From Parcubacteria group bacterium Gr01-1014_38 (GTDB lineage Bacteria > Patescibacteriota > Andersenbacteria > UBA10190 > CAIZMI01): 64,000 nt of DNA. Below are positions 35,529-44,968 of this stretch, piece by piece (within the stretch, counting starts at the first letter, position 1; every line of letters begins with the position of its first letter). Below the pieces are notes generated by a model that saw nothing but the letters and a program-made list of their open reading frames with translations, made no database searches and was not told the origin of the DNA. Position numbers and translations under genes: made by a program. The stretch lies in NCBI GenBank assembly GCA_007376145.1, contig VMFP01000003.1, positions 92,741-156,740 of the forward strand. Reading direction: 5' to 3'.

Positions 35529-36515
35529 TTAGCTCTTCTGGATCTCCACGACGACTTTTCCGCGGGGGTGGCCGGCTTGGAGATAGGTGAGCGCTGCTCC
35601 GGCCTGCTCTAACGGGAACGTCTTGTCCAGGCGTACCTTGATGACTCCTTGCTCCACCAATTCCGCGAGTTTCGAAAGGCGCTCGGTGGTGACCTGGGTG
35701 AATTGCGAGATCGCGGTCACGCCGTATTGCTGCATGAGTTCTGCGTTTGGTTGCTCCACCATCGAGACGATGACGCCGCCTTTCCGCAAGACCTTGAAGG
35801 ATCGCGCGTAGGTTTCACCGCCGACCGTGTCAAATACGGCGTCGTAGTCATGGAGGAGATCTTCGAACTTTTGTGTTTTGTAGTCAATGACCTGATCTGC
35901 GCCCAGGTCTTTGACATACTGTGCATCATCCGCGCTGGCCGTGGCCGCCACGGTGGCGCCCAGGTGCTTCGCGAGTTGGATTGCGAAGGAGCCGATGCCG
36001 CCCGCGCCGCCATGGATGAGAATGGTTTGCTTGCCCGTCGAAGCTGTAGCGGAGGCGGGGCCCTTCCCGAGCTGTATGTGTTCCGTGAGTGCCTGCAGAG
36101 CGCTGACGCCTGCGAGTGGCAGGGCAGCGGCCTCCGTGTGGCTGACGTTCTTCGACTTCCGGGCAACGGCTGTTGGGTTAGCGGAGAGGAACTCCGCGAA
36201 GGATCCCGACCCGCCGCCCAGAACGCTTGCTTGCCCGTAGACTTCGTCGCCCTTCGTGAAGCCAGACACGCCGTCGCCCACGTCCATGACGATACCCGAA
36301 AAGTCACCTCCCAGCGTTACAGGGAACTGCAACGGGGCCATCTGCTGCATATAGCCTTCGCGGATTTTCCAGTCGATGGGATTCACACCGGCCGCGTGAA
36401 CCTCGATGAGAAGATGTCCTTGAGACACCGTTGGCGTAGGCGCGTTTTCGTTGATCTCGACAACCTCACCGCCTCCGTAGCGGTTGATTTGTGCTGCTTT
36501 CATTGTGTTCTTCAT
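35529..36515 (-). CDS. Zinc-type alcohol dehydrogenase / NADPH:quinone oxidoreductase (MDR superfamily)
   Basis: GroES-like N-domain and Rossmann ILIHGGAGGIGSFAIQLAKHLGATV. Confidence 0.85.
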   Translation of the reverse strand: MKNTMKAAQINRYGGGEVVEINENAPTPTVSQGHLLIEVHAAGVNPIDWKIREGYMQQMAPLQFPVTLGGDFSGIVMDVGDGVSGFTKGDEVYGQASVLGGGSGSFAEFLSANPTAVARKSKNVSHTEAAALPLAGVSALQALTEHIQLGKGPASATASTGKQTILIHGGAGGIGSFAIQLAKHLGATVAATASADDAQYVKDLGADQVIDYKTQKFEDLLHDYDAVFDTVGGETYARSFKVLRKGGVIVSMVEQPNAELMQQYGVTAISQFTQVTTERLSKLAELVEQGVIKVRLDKTFPLEQAGAALTYLQAGHPRGKVVVEIQKS

Positions 36516-36536
36516 GGTTTCGTGATGGTTAAAGGT

Positions 36537-37157
36537 TTAAAAACCGAGTTTTTCTCCAACGAGGACCATGGTGATTCTCCCGGGTTGAACTTCGCGGTTG
36601 ACAATGAGGATCTTGTTCACCGAACTGCCGGGGACGCCATACGCTTTCTTCGCACGCTCGCTTTCCAGTGGCAGAGCGTACGCGTAAATTCTCCGCATTC
36701 CCTCATCGAGATTTTTTACGAGTTTCTGAGCGCCAACGACCCAGATGATGTTGCCAGCACCAAAGGCATAGGCGGGAAGCTGACTACCCGTGTTGGACGC
36801 GATCAGGACTTCTCCTCGTTCAGTTACCGCATGGACACTTCCCAGCACATAGTCGGGAGCAGCACCGAGTTTTCGCATTTCGCGCCCTTCTTTGGTCCGG
36901 TCCATACTCATGAGCTTTCGGCGAACAGAGTCATATTTTCCCGATTCATTGACTTCTTTGGGTATGCCGATCGTCTCCAGCGTAACTGAAGTCATCGTCA
37001 TCACTTCAGCACCCTCCGGCAAAAGCTCGAACACTTTCTTTTTCGCTTCCGCGCCGCTTGCCACAAAGTGTGCTTCGATACCGTTCTGCTTGAGAGCAGC
37101 CAGCGCACGTTCCATGGTCTCCTTTGAAGCCAACATTGAAAAGTTCGTTGCAGTCAT
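36537..37157 (-). CDS. LUD domain protein (LutC/YkgG-like)
   Basis: LUD-domain pattern (GAEVMTMTSVTLETIGI, VLIASNTGSQLP, NIIWVVGAQKLV, LIVNRE); 21 nt downstream of qor-like gene. Confidence 0.7.
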   Translation of the reverse strand: MTATNFSMLASKETMERALAALKQNGIEAHFVASGAEAKKKVFELLPEGAEVMTMTSVTLETIGIPKEVNESGKYDSVRRKLMSMDRTKEGREMRKLGAAPDYVLGSVHAVTERGEVLIASNTGSQLPAYAFGAGNIIWVVGAQKLVKNLDEGMRRIYAYALPLESERAKKAYGVPGSSVNKILIVNREVQPGRITMVLVGEKLGF

Positions 37158-37173
37158 CGTTAGAGTGCTCTGG

Positions 37174-37434
37174 TTATTGTCGTTTTGTTCTGTCCAGAAT
37201 GTCCCGGATCGCGTCCAACCGTCGTGAGAGGTGCGTCGCGAAACGCTCGACGTTCGAGAGTTTGGTAAAGACGAGCATGTCGCATTCTTTCCCCAACCCT
37301 TTTCCGAAGACGAGGAGCTTCTCGCCCTTCTCCACGCTCATGGCTTCCCGAGCCTCCGCGGGAATCACCACTTGCCCTTTCTCCCCGACCGTGGTCGTGC
37401 CAAAGAAGCTCTGGTCCTTGTGTCCCTTTGTCAT
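37174..37434 (-). CDS. AbrB/MazE/SpoVT family DNA-binding protein
   Basis: Swapped-hairpin motif GEKGQVVIPAEAREAMSVEKGEKLLVF. Confidence 0.7.
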   Translation of the reverse strand: MTKGHKDQSFFGTTTVGEKGQVVIPAEAREAMSVEKGEKLLVFGKGLGKECDMLVFTKLSNVERFATHLSRRLDAIRDILDRTKRQ

Positions 37435-37543
37435 GTGGTGCGGAAAATCTTACAAGTTGCAAAGGTATGAATCCAATATACCACTCGTTCCGCGTCTGTC
37501 AAGGGGAAGGAGATTCCCACGCGGGAGCGTTTCCTGATACCCT

Positions 37544-38290
37544 ATGAGCATGACGGCACTCGACGTGCACCACCTCACGGTGAAGCTTGGCGGGCGCACG
37601 ATTGTCGATGATATTTCCCTGTCGGTGGAAGAAGGGGAGACGGTTGCGCTCATTGGGCCGAACGGCGCGGGAAAGAGCGTGCTCGTGAAAACTATCCTTC
37701 GGCTCTTGCCGAAAACCTCAGGCGAGGTGCGCATTTTTGGTACGCCGCACGAGAACTACGCGAAGGTCGCGCCGATGGTTTCTTACGTGCCGCAATTTAT
37801 TTCCGTGGAGCGGACGTTCCCGCTCACTGTGGAGGAACTCTTTGCCTTAAAGAGCGGGAGCGATCCGAAGCGGCGGGTGCATTGCCTGGAGATCGTCGGC
37901 GCGCAGGGCCTCGAGCGACAGCGCTTGGGGACGCTCTCGGGCGGACAGCTTCAGCGAATTTTCCTTGCCTTTGCGCTCGTGGATCGCCCCCGCATTCTGT
38001 TTCTCGACGAGCCGAGTTCCGGCATCGACATCGGCGGGGAAGAAACCATCTACAACCTCATCCGCCGCGTGAGCGCCGAGGAGAAGATGACCGTCGTGCT
38101 CATCTCGCACGACATCGACATCGTCGCGGGGTTTGCGCAGCACGTGTTCTGCGTTAACCGCCAGCTGCTCTGCTCCGGGCCGCCGGCGGCGGTGCTCACC
38201 GAAGAAACGCTCCGTCGCGCCTACGGCCCGCACGTCGGCATTTACCCGCACCACCCCGAGCCGCATCATCCCGCGCACCCCGATGTCTGA
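37544..38290 (+). CDS. Metal (Zn/Mn) ABC transporter ATP-binding protein with His-rich C-terminal tail
   Basis: Walker A GPNGAGKS, signature LSGGQLQRIFLA, Walker B ILFLDEPSSGID; tail HVGIYPHHPEPHHPAHPDV. Confidence 0.85.
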   Translation: MSMTALDVHHLTVKLGGRTIVDDISLSVEEGETVALIGPNGAGKSVLVKTILRLLPKTSGEVRIFGTPHENYAKVAPMVSYVPQFISVERTFPLTVEELFALKSGSDPKRRVHCLEIVGAQGLERQRLGTLSGGQLQRIFLAFALVDRPRILFLDEPSSGIDIGGEETIYNLIRRVSAEEKMTVVLISHDIDIVAGFAQHVFCVNRQLLCSGPPAAVLTEETLRRAYGPHVGIYPHHPEPHHPAHPDV

Positions 38291-39092
38291 ATTTCTCGAG
38301 CTCCTCAGTTTGCCCTTTGCGCAACGCGCCATCGCTGCGGGGATTGCGATTGCCGTGGTCAGCGGCGTGCTCGGCGTCTTCATTGTCCTTCGCGGGATGG
38401 CCTTTTTCTCCGATGCCATCGCGCATGCCTCGCTGCTCGGCGTAGGGCTTGCACTCTTGTTTACCGCTCCGCCACTCGTGGGCGCGCTCCTGCTGGCGGT
38501 CGTGGCCGCGGTGGTCATTGCCACTCTCCGCGGTCGAACAGTGTTGTCGCTCGATACCCTCATCGGCGTCTTTTTCTCCGCGGCGGTGGCGCTCGGCGTT
38601 ATCACCATCGGATTCTTGAAAGGCTACCGGGCCGACTTGCTGGCCTTCTTGTTCGGCGATGTTCTGGCGCTTGGTCCGCTCGACGTGGTGCTCGCATGGG
38701 TGCTTTCTGTGGTCGTCCTCATCGCGCTGTTTTTCTCCTGGCGGGCCGTCGTCTTGAGCACGTTACACCGTGACCTCGCGGCAGTGGAGGGGGTCCCGGT
38801 CGTGCGCACGGATCTGCTGTTCTTGGTTCTCGTCGCGCTCGTCGTGGCGGTTGCCATCCGCATCGTGGGTGTCATTTTGGTGACGGCGCTCCTCATTGTG
38901 CCCGCGGCGACTGCCCAGAACCTTGCCCGGAACTTCCAGGCGATGGTGGCGTGGTCCGTTGGGGTGAGCGTGGTGTCCTTGTTCGGCGGCCTGGCGCTCT
39001 CCTTTGCGACGAATTTGCCCAGCGGACCCACGATTGTCGTGGTCGCGTCCGCGCTGTTTCTTCTTTCTCTCGTCGCACGGCCAACGCGGTAA
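38283..39092 (+). CDS. Metal ABC transporter permease (ZnuB/MntB-like)
   Basis: 8-nt overlap with the ATPase gene; 8 TM helices; ABC-3 family pattern (FFSDAIAHASLLGVG). Confidence 0.85.
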   Translation: MSEFLELLSLPFAQRAIAAGIAIAVVSGVLGVFIVLRGMAFFSDAIAHASLLGVGLALLFTAPPLVGALLLAVVAAVVIATLRGRTVLSLDTLIGVFFSAAVALGVITIGFLKGYRADLLAFLFGDVLALGPLDVVLAWVLSVVVLIALFFSWRAVVLSTLHRDLAAVEGVPVVRTDLLFLVLVALVVAVAIRIVGVILVTALLIVPAATAQNLARNFQAMVAWSVGVSVVSLFGGLALSFATNLPSGPTIVVVASALFLLSLVARPTR

Positions 39093-39185
39093 CACTAGGT
39101 TTTTCACAGAGTTGACAGAGAGGACTTGGAACAGCCATGATGCGGCGGCGTTTTGGTGTTCCTTACACTTTGTGGAGGCTCTATC

Positions 39186-40010
39186 ATGGATACGGGCAGC
39201 AGCGTGCTCGATGGAACCGCCCTGGGGCAGCACGTCCTAAAACTCACGCGTGAGTTTGACACGAATGAGCCGGATCGGCGTCGGATCCTCCGCTTCGTAC
39301 TCTCGAACTGCTACTGGGCACTGTGCGACGAGAACCTTTCGCCAGAGCAGGCAAGCCAGAAGCTTAACGAGTGGGTCGGTACCGTGTACTGGCGCGAGGT
39401 CACGTTGGGCTACCTCGCGTATCTCCTCTATCTTCAGGAGCGCCTGTGGTCCGCAGGTGGCATCGTCACGCCGGCGACCGTCGGCATGACCGTGGGGCTC
39501 GATGCGCTTCGAAGCGAGTGGTACGGCTCCTCCGCTCTCCAACAGGCCGTTACAGGTCTTGTGGCGGCACTCCACGACAAGGCGGCATTCTGGTTCAACG
39601 TCCAATTCGTCGCATCGCTTGTGCAGCGGGTGGTCGGACGCGTGGACAAAGAAGCGCACACATACTACTGGCCGCCGGATGCGTTGCAGTCAGATACCGA
39701 GAAGGTTTCCGGAAGCGCCCGTACGACGCTTGTGGCAATCGACGACGAGGCATACACGCGAGGAATGCGAGAACTCCAAGAATCAGTGAGCGCCGCGCAT
39801 GACCGCGTCCGGCAGTGTGGCGAGCATTCCTGGATGTTTCTCTTCGATCGTGAGCAGCTCCATCAGTTCTTCGTGAGCCGCACCGGGCGGTCAGCCCCGC
39901 GCCTCGACCTGTTCGGAAATTCAAAACAGGATGCCGCACTTCGGGAACAGGTCGCCAAACCGGCATGGACACGCACGAAAGGCGGGATTCTCATCCCACG
40001 TCACGGCTAG
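39186..40010 (+). CDS. Hypothetical protein
   Basis: GGAGG SD 7 nt before ATG 39186; GC3 bias; no recognised domain. Confidence 0.5.
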   Translation: MDTGSSVLDGTALGQHVLKLTREFDTNEPDRRRILRFVLSNCYWALCDENLSPEQASQKLNEWVGTVYWREVTLGYLAYLLYLQERLWSAGGIVTPATVGMTVGLDALRSEWYGSSALQQAVTGLVAALHDKAAFWFNVQFVASLVQRVVGRVDKEAHTYYWPPDALQSDTEKVSGSARTTLVAIDDEAYTRGMRELQESVSAAHDRVRQCGEHSWMFLFDREQLHQFFVSRTGRSAPRLDLFGNSKQDAALREQVAKPAWTRTKGGILIPRHG

Positions 40011-40073
40011 CCGTTCTTCCCCGGAATCAATACCGGGGAAGCTTTTCTCTGCGCCTCCAAGGAGACCGCTCCC

Positions 40074-40319
40074 TTGACGCTCGAGGAAGTCTCTGCTATG
40101 GTGTGGATAAGTACGAGAACACACAGCATGGTATTGGCACTTGCCCTGATATTCGTCGGCGCGTTGTTTCTGTTGCGGAACACGGGCATTCTTCCGTTGG
40201 CAGCCTGGGACTTTACCTGGCCGCTGGTCCTTATCGTTCTCGGCGTGGCAATTCTCGTTGGTCGCGAGTCAGGGCTCGACCTGTTGCGTTTCGGGTCTTC
40301 GCGCAAAGCGCGCTCGTAA
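40074..40319 (+). CDS. Small membrane protein
   Basis: Two hydrophobic helices; start uncertain. Confidence 0.35.
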   Translation: MTLEEVSAMVWISTRTHSMVLALALIFVGALFLLRNTGILPLAAWDFTWPLVLIVLGVAILVGRESGLDLLRFGSSRKARS

Positions 40320-40581
40320 CGTACGTCAGCGAGGGGCGCAATGGCGTTTGACGTTGAAGAAAAAATTGTTGGGGCGTTCCTCAAGAAGACGCTTTGGCTG
40401 TGGCTGTTTCCGTACATCTTCTGGTTCTTCGGGCGACGGATGTACCGCTTTCTCTACGACTGGGTGACCGAGCCAGAGCCCGTGCCCGTCGAGCAAGGCG
40501 AGCAGCTGCCACAAACCTGACACGGTACGCGGTGGAGGCCGCTCTTGGTTTCGAGCGGCGTTCGGCGTATGCTGCGTCAAT

Positions 40582-41286
40582 ATGCCGTCCGAACGAACGG
40601 CGGTTGTCGTTGAAAAGCGCCCGCTGACGCCGGAGGTCCGGCATGTGGTGCTCCGCTTGGACGAGCCGGAGACGTTTTCCTTTCAGTCCGGCCAGATTGT
40701 CCAGTTCGTGTTGGATCCGAAAACGCTTCGGCTGTTTTCGCTGGCCTCCGCGCCGGCGGCGCTGCCGCTCATCGAACTCTGCGTGGATATTACGCCCGGC
40801 GGACGCGGATCGCAATTTATCGAGAGACTTCGTCTTGGTGACCGCGTCCAGTTTCGCGGGCCCTTCGGGGTGTTTACGGTCCCGCCTGCGGAAACGCGTC
40901 CCCTCGAATTCGTGGCGACGGGCGCGGGCATTGCGCCGATCCGGGGGATGCTCCGCGGACTGTTCGAGGCGGGGAACCGTTTCGAACGGCCGGTGGCACT
41001 CACGTTCGGGAATCGCAGAGCGTCCGACATCCTCTATCACGACGAATGGCTCGCGCTGAACGCGCGCGAGCCGGCGTTTCGCTATCACGCGACCCTGTCG
41101 CAGCCGGACGCCGGGTGGACGGGGTTGCACGGGCGCGTGACCGATGCGCTCCCCTCCCGGAAAGACGAGTTCCAGAACCGGGTATTCTTTCTCTGTGGCA
41201 GTCCCCAGATGGTCGACGATACCCGGAAGGTGCTCGAAGAGATCGGCATTCCCGAGCGCGATATTCACTTCGAGAAATTCTTCTGA
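40582..41286 (+). CDS. Ferredoxin-NADP reductase-like FAD/NAD(P)-binding oxidoreductase
   Basis: FAD-binding RxFS (RLFSLAS), GRGSQFI, NAD-binding FVATGAGIAPIRGML, C-terminal CGSPQMV. Confidence 0.8.
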   Translation: MPSERTAVVVEKRPLTPEVRHVVLRLDEPETFSFQSGQIVQFVLDPKTLRLFSLASAPAALPLIELCVDITPGGRGSQFIERLRLGDRVQFRGPFGVFTVPPAETRPLEFVATGAGIAPIRGMLRGLFEAGNRFERPVALTFGNRRASDILYHDEWLALNAREPAFRYHATLSQPDAGWTGLHGRVTDALPSRKDEFQNRVFFLCGSPQMVDDTRKVLEEIGIPERDIHFEKFF

Positions 41287-41516
41287 TGCGGATTGAAGTC
41301 AAGCGCGACCTCTGTATTGGCGCTTCGTCATGCGTGATCGTGGCGCCCGGCGTCTTCGAACTCGACAGCGAGTTGAAAGCCATCGTGAAGGATCCCAACG
41401 GCGCCGATGCGCACACGATTCTCGAAGCAGCCCGGGCGTGCCCGACGCTCGCCATCTACCTGTACGATGACGACGGAAAACAGATCTTTCCGCTCCCACC
41501 GGCGCCCACGTCTTGA
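41286..41516 (+). CDS. Small ferredoxin-like protein (3 Cys)
   Basis: ATGA overlap with the reductase gene; CIGASSCV ... ACP ferredoxin-like Cys pattern. Confidence 0.6.
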   Translation: MRIEVKRDLCIGASSCVIVAPGVFELDSELKAIVKDPNGADAHTILEAARACPTLAIYLYDDDGKQIFPLPPAPTS

Positions 41517-42186
41517 CACGCGGGGTTCCGTTCGGCGCAGCCGGGCGATTGTCCGCGCTCTCGAGCGGGAGATCCCAACGTACGCGGAGCCCGTCGTCGG
41601 GAAGCGGCGCGTGACCGGGCGTGACCCGTTCAAAATTCTCATTGCCGCAGTGCTCAGCGCACGGACTCGAGACGCAGCGACCGAACGCGCGGCGCGGCAG
41701 TTGTTTCGCCGCGCGGCAACGCCGGAGGCGCTGTTGCGGCTCTCCGAGCGCGAGATCGCTCGCCTCATCGCGCCGGTCGGCATGTACCCAACGAAGGCGC
41801 GGTGGCTGCGGGAGATCGCCCATCTCCTCCGCGAGCGACACGGCGGCCGCGTCCCGCGCACCATGACCGCGCTTCTGGGACTCCCGGGGGTCGGGCGGAA
41901 GGTTGCCAACCTCGTTCTTGGGCTCGCGTTCGGAATCCCGTCGATCTGCGTGGATACGCACGTCCATCGCATCAGCAATCGGTTGGGACTCGCGCGCACG
42001 CGAACCCGCGAAGACACCGAGCGGGCATTGGCGCGCGTCCTCCCACGCGATCTCTGGATCCGCTGGAACAACCTCCTCGTGACGTGGGGACAGAACGTGT
42101 GCGTTCCCGTCTCGCCATGGTGCTCACGCTGTGTGTTGAATCACCGGAAACTCTGCCCGCGCGTTGGAGTTCGGAAATCGCGCTGA
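41464..42186 (+). CDS. nth: Endonuclease III (Nth), HhH-GPD with 4Fe-4S cluster
   Basis: ILIAAVLSARTRD, HhH LLGLPGVGRKVANLVL, catalytic CVDTHVHRISNRLGL, FeS loop CVPVSPWCSRCVLNHRKLC; start uncertain. Confidence 0.8.
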   Translation, partial: TMTTENRSFRSHRRPRLDTRGSVRRSRAIVRALEREIPTYAEPVVGKRRVTGRDPFKILIAAVLSARTRDAATERAARQLFRRAATPEALLRLSEREIARLIAPVGMYPTKARWLREIAHLLRERHGGRVPRTMTALLGLPGVGRKVANLVLGLAFGIPSICVDTHVHRISNRLGLARTRTREDTERALARVLPRDLWIRWNNLLVTWGQNVCVPVSPWCSRCVLNHRKLCPRVGVRKSR

Positions 42187-42201
42187 CACCGGTACACTAG
42201 G

Positions 42202-43467
42202 GTGGTGATACAGACGCCACGGGTGGTCATTCTCGGTGGGGGCTTGGCGGGCGTGCGCATCGCGCTCTGGTTGTCACGGCACCAAGCACCGGAGGAGTGC
42301 ATTGTGACGCTCGTGGACCGTGCGTCGGAGCACGTGTACCCTCCCGTGCTCTATGAAGTGGCGACGGCGTTCAACCCGTTCGAGCGCGAAGCGGTGGGGA
42401 AGGTGCTCCATGAGACGGCGGCCGTTCCGTTCTCACGGATCTTCGACGGGAGCCGCGTGGTGTTCCTCCAGCGCTCTGTGGAGCGGATTGTGTCCGCAAC
42501 CAGAACGGTCCACTTCACGAACGGTGAAACGCTCCCAGCCGAGATCTTGGTGTTCGCCCTCGGGTCTCAGCTGGCGATCTTTGGCGTTCCCGGCGTGGAC
42601 ACGAACGCCTTCTCGATCAAGACTCTTCCGGAAGCCGCTGAGCTTCGTCACCACCTCGTCCGCCAGTTCCTGCGGTATCGTTCGGCGAGCAGAAATCGTC
42701 AGGAGCGCGCCTTCTGCGTGGCGGTCGTCGGTGGCGGCTCGGCGGGTGTGGAACTCGCCGCGGAATTCGCCGTGTTCCTGCGCCGGTTGGCATGGCTCCA
42801 TCGCGTCGATCCCGACGTCTGCCGCGTGTTTCTCTTCGAAGCGGGCGACACCATCCTCCGCGAATGTCCTCCACAGCTCCGCGAACGCGGACTCGCGCGA
42901 CTCCGCACTCTCGGGGTTCAGCTGCTCCCTCGAGAGAGTGTCTGTGCGGTCGGGCCGGATCACCTCTCGTGTTCCGGAGGTATGTTTCTCCAGACGGACA
43001 CAATCGTTTGGCTCGCCGGGATCCGGACCCACGATGTGCTGCTCCGCTCTGGTCTTCCCGTCCATGCGCGCGGGGGGCTGTACGCTGACCACACGCTGGC
43101 GGTCCGGGGATTTCCCGACATCTTTGCTGCCGGCGACTGCGTGTACGCCGCGGATCCACAGACCGGGCGCATCGTCCCCGACGTCGCCTACGCCGCGGTT
43201 CAGCAGGGGGCGGTCGTCGCGCAGAACATTCTCCGGAAGCTCCGGGGACAACCGCTCATCTCCTACATTGATCATCCGCGTCCCACGTATACGACCGTGG
43301 GTGGGAAATTTGCTCTCGTGCACCTGCCGCCCTGGCAGTTCGCCGGACGTGTTGGCTGGACCGTGAAGCAGCTGGCGGATCTCCGTTATCTGTTCTCCGT
43401 GCTCCCGAATGACGTGGCGTTCCGGGCGTGGGGGAAGAGCGTGCGCGTCCGGGTGGCCAATGATTAG
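42202..43467 (+). CDS. ndh: Type II NADH dehydrogenase (NDH-2) / FAD-dependent pyridine nucleotide-disulfide oxidoreductase
   Basis: Two GxGxxG dinucleotide motifs (VVILGGGLAGV, VAVVGGGSAGVELAAEF), NDH-2 C-terminal region. Confidence 0.8.
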   Translation: MVIQTPRVVILGGGLAGVRIALWLSRHQAPEECIVTLVDRASEHVYPPVLYEVATAFNPFEREAVGKVLHETAAVPFSRIFDGSRVVFLQRSVERIVSATRTVHFTNGETLPAEILVFALGSQLAIFGVPGVDTNAFSIKTLPEAAELRHHLVRQFLRYRSASRNRQERAFCVAVVGGGSAGVELAAEFAVFLRRLAWLHRVDPDVCRVFLFEAGDTILRECPPQLRERGLARLRTLGVQLLPRESVCAVGPDHLSCSGGMFLQTDTIVWLAGIRTHDVLLRSGLPVHARGGLYADHTLAVRGFPDIFAAGDCVYAADPQTGRIVPDVAYAAVQQGAVVAQNILRKLRGQPLISYIDHPRPTYTTVGGKFALVHLPPWQFAGRVGWTVKQLADLRYLFSVLPNDVAFRAWGKSVRVRVAND

Positions 43468-43706
43468 CGGAAACCTTTGGTCCCGAGCAGAACGCCGACA
43501 GCGGTGAGCGCTGCGCCCGCGAGGAAGGCGATCCACCCAAAGCGGACTCTCCCCGTCTTCGGGTCACGCCAGAACGGGAACACGATGAGCAGCGGGAATA
43601 AGAAGAATCCTGCGGGGAGCCGGATGGATGCCAGCAGCGGCGGGAGCAGCAAGCCGAGAACGATCCCGACGAGAATTCCCACGAGAAACCCCACGAACGG
43701 TTGCAT
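43464..43706 (-). CDS. Small membrane protein
   Basis: Three hydrophobic helices; overlaps ndh stop by 4 nt; weak. Confidence 0.35.
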   Translation of the reverse strand: MQPFVGFLVGILVGIVLGLLLPPLLASIRLPAGFFLFPLLIVFPFWRDPKTGRVRFGWIAFLAGAALTAVGVLLGTKGFR

Positions 43707-43738
43707 GCTGCTTGCAGCATACGGTACCGTGCAGTGGT

Positions 43739-43924
43739 ATGGCAGAAGCCCGTTTCTCCTGTCCGCACTGTGGGAGAGAACAGAGCGTGGAGGTTCCCAC
43801 GGATCGGTGCTTGGCGCTCCACCAGTGCACCGCGTGCGGTGCCTTCGTTACCCCGAAAGCCGGTGACTGCTGCATCGTCTGCTCCTACTCCAAGGCGCGC
43901 TGTCCCGTCTCGGTCCGCGCCTAA
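43739..43924 (+). CDS. Small zinc-ribbon protein
   Basis: CPHCG ... CTACG ... CCIVC Cys pairs; competes with antisense ORF 43564..43875. Confidence 0.35.
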   Translation: MAEARFSCPHCGREQSVEVPTDRCLALHQCTACGAFVTPKAGDCCIVCSYSKARCPVSVRA

Positions 43925-43993
43925 GGATATACCAATCTTCCGCACCACGTGTTCTTGACGTAGCACGCAGTCCGCTCAACCCTGTTTGGGAGT

Positions 43994-44962
43994 ATGGCAC
44001 GAATCTTCACGGGCGGCGGGTGGTGGGGCGCGCTGATCCCCTTCGCCATTCTGGGCGCGGTCCTCATTGCCGTCCTCCGCTCAACATCCGGACCCGAGCC
44101 TTCGCCGACGCCGGTCGCCGCCACCGTCTTCGTCCCCGTCTTTGAGCGGTTACCGCCGGTGAGCGGCGGGCACTACGAACTCTGGTTTGAACATCCCGAC
44201 GGTGGCGCTGGGCGCGTCGCCGCATTCACCGTTCTTCCCCGCGGGGCACTCTTTACCCTGACGGGAGAGCCGGTGCAGGACTTCTTGGTCACGGAGCTGC
44301 CCCCACTCGGCTCAACGCTTCTCCTCACGGTAGAGCCGGGAGAGACGCCAGTGGAGAAACGGAGCGCTCGTGTGCTGCTCCGTGGGGCGCTCCAAGGCCT
44401 TGAGGTGACGTTTGAGCCTGTACTTCCCGACGTTGGCGGAAAGCACGTTGCCATGCTTGTCGCGCCGACCGACGCAAAGGCTCCCGATACGACTGGGGTG
44501 TGGTTTGTTCGACCTGCTGGTGGTACAGACAGAACGAGCGCGGGTCTTCAACTGAAGGCGCTCGGGGAGGGATGGGCCTACGGCGGATTTCTCACCACGT
44601 CCGCCGGCACCGTGTTGTACATGGGACTGTTTCCTGACCCCAAGAAAGCAGACGGGAGCGTATCTTTCAGCGGATCGAAAAAAGGACTGCCGTTTCCCGG
44701 AGAAGATTTTGTCCGGAATCCTCCCGAGGGCGTGAAGTTTCCTCTGAACCTGGCCGACGGCCGGACAACGGTCACCGTCAGTTTGGAGCCCGATTTTTCC
44801 AAAGCTATTGTCGCTGCCGAAGGTTCTTTCGAGCCGTTCCTCCCCCTCCTCACTCTCCGCATTCCCTACCAACAGAAGCCCGGCGAGGCGTTTACCCTCT
44901 CCCCGGTTTCTCCCGATACGTTTCCGGGCGGCACAGGGAAGTTCGAGCAACGGACACTCTAG
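43994..44962 (+). CDS. Membrane-anchored hypothetical protein
   Basis: N-terminal TM anchor (WWGALIPFAILGAVLIAVL), beta-rich periplasmic region; GC3 bias. Confidence 0.55.
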   Translation: MARIFTGGGWWGALIPFAILGAVLIAVLRSTSGPEPSPTPVAATVFVPVFERLPPVSGGHYELWFEHPDGGAGRVAAFTVLPRGALFTLTGEPVQDFLVTELPPLGSTLLLTVEPGETPVEKRSARVLLRGALQGLEVTFEPVLPDVGGKHVAMLVAPTDAKAPDTTGVWFVRPAGGTDRTSAGLQLKALGEGWAYGGFLTTSAGTVLYMGLFPDPKKADGSVSFSGSKKGLPFPGEDFVRNPPEGVKFPLNLADGRTTVTVSLEPDFSKAIVAAEGSFEPFLPLLTLRIPYQQKPGEAFTLSPVSPDTFPGGTGKFEQRTL

Positions 44963-44968
44963 CAGCAG

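Noticed and set aside
42433-43536. 367-aa antisense ORF within the NDH-2 gene
   Set aside because: Dinucleotide-binding motifs of NDH-2 are on the plus strand.
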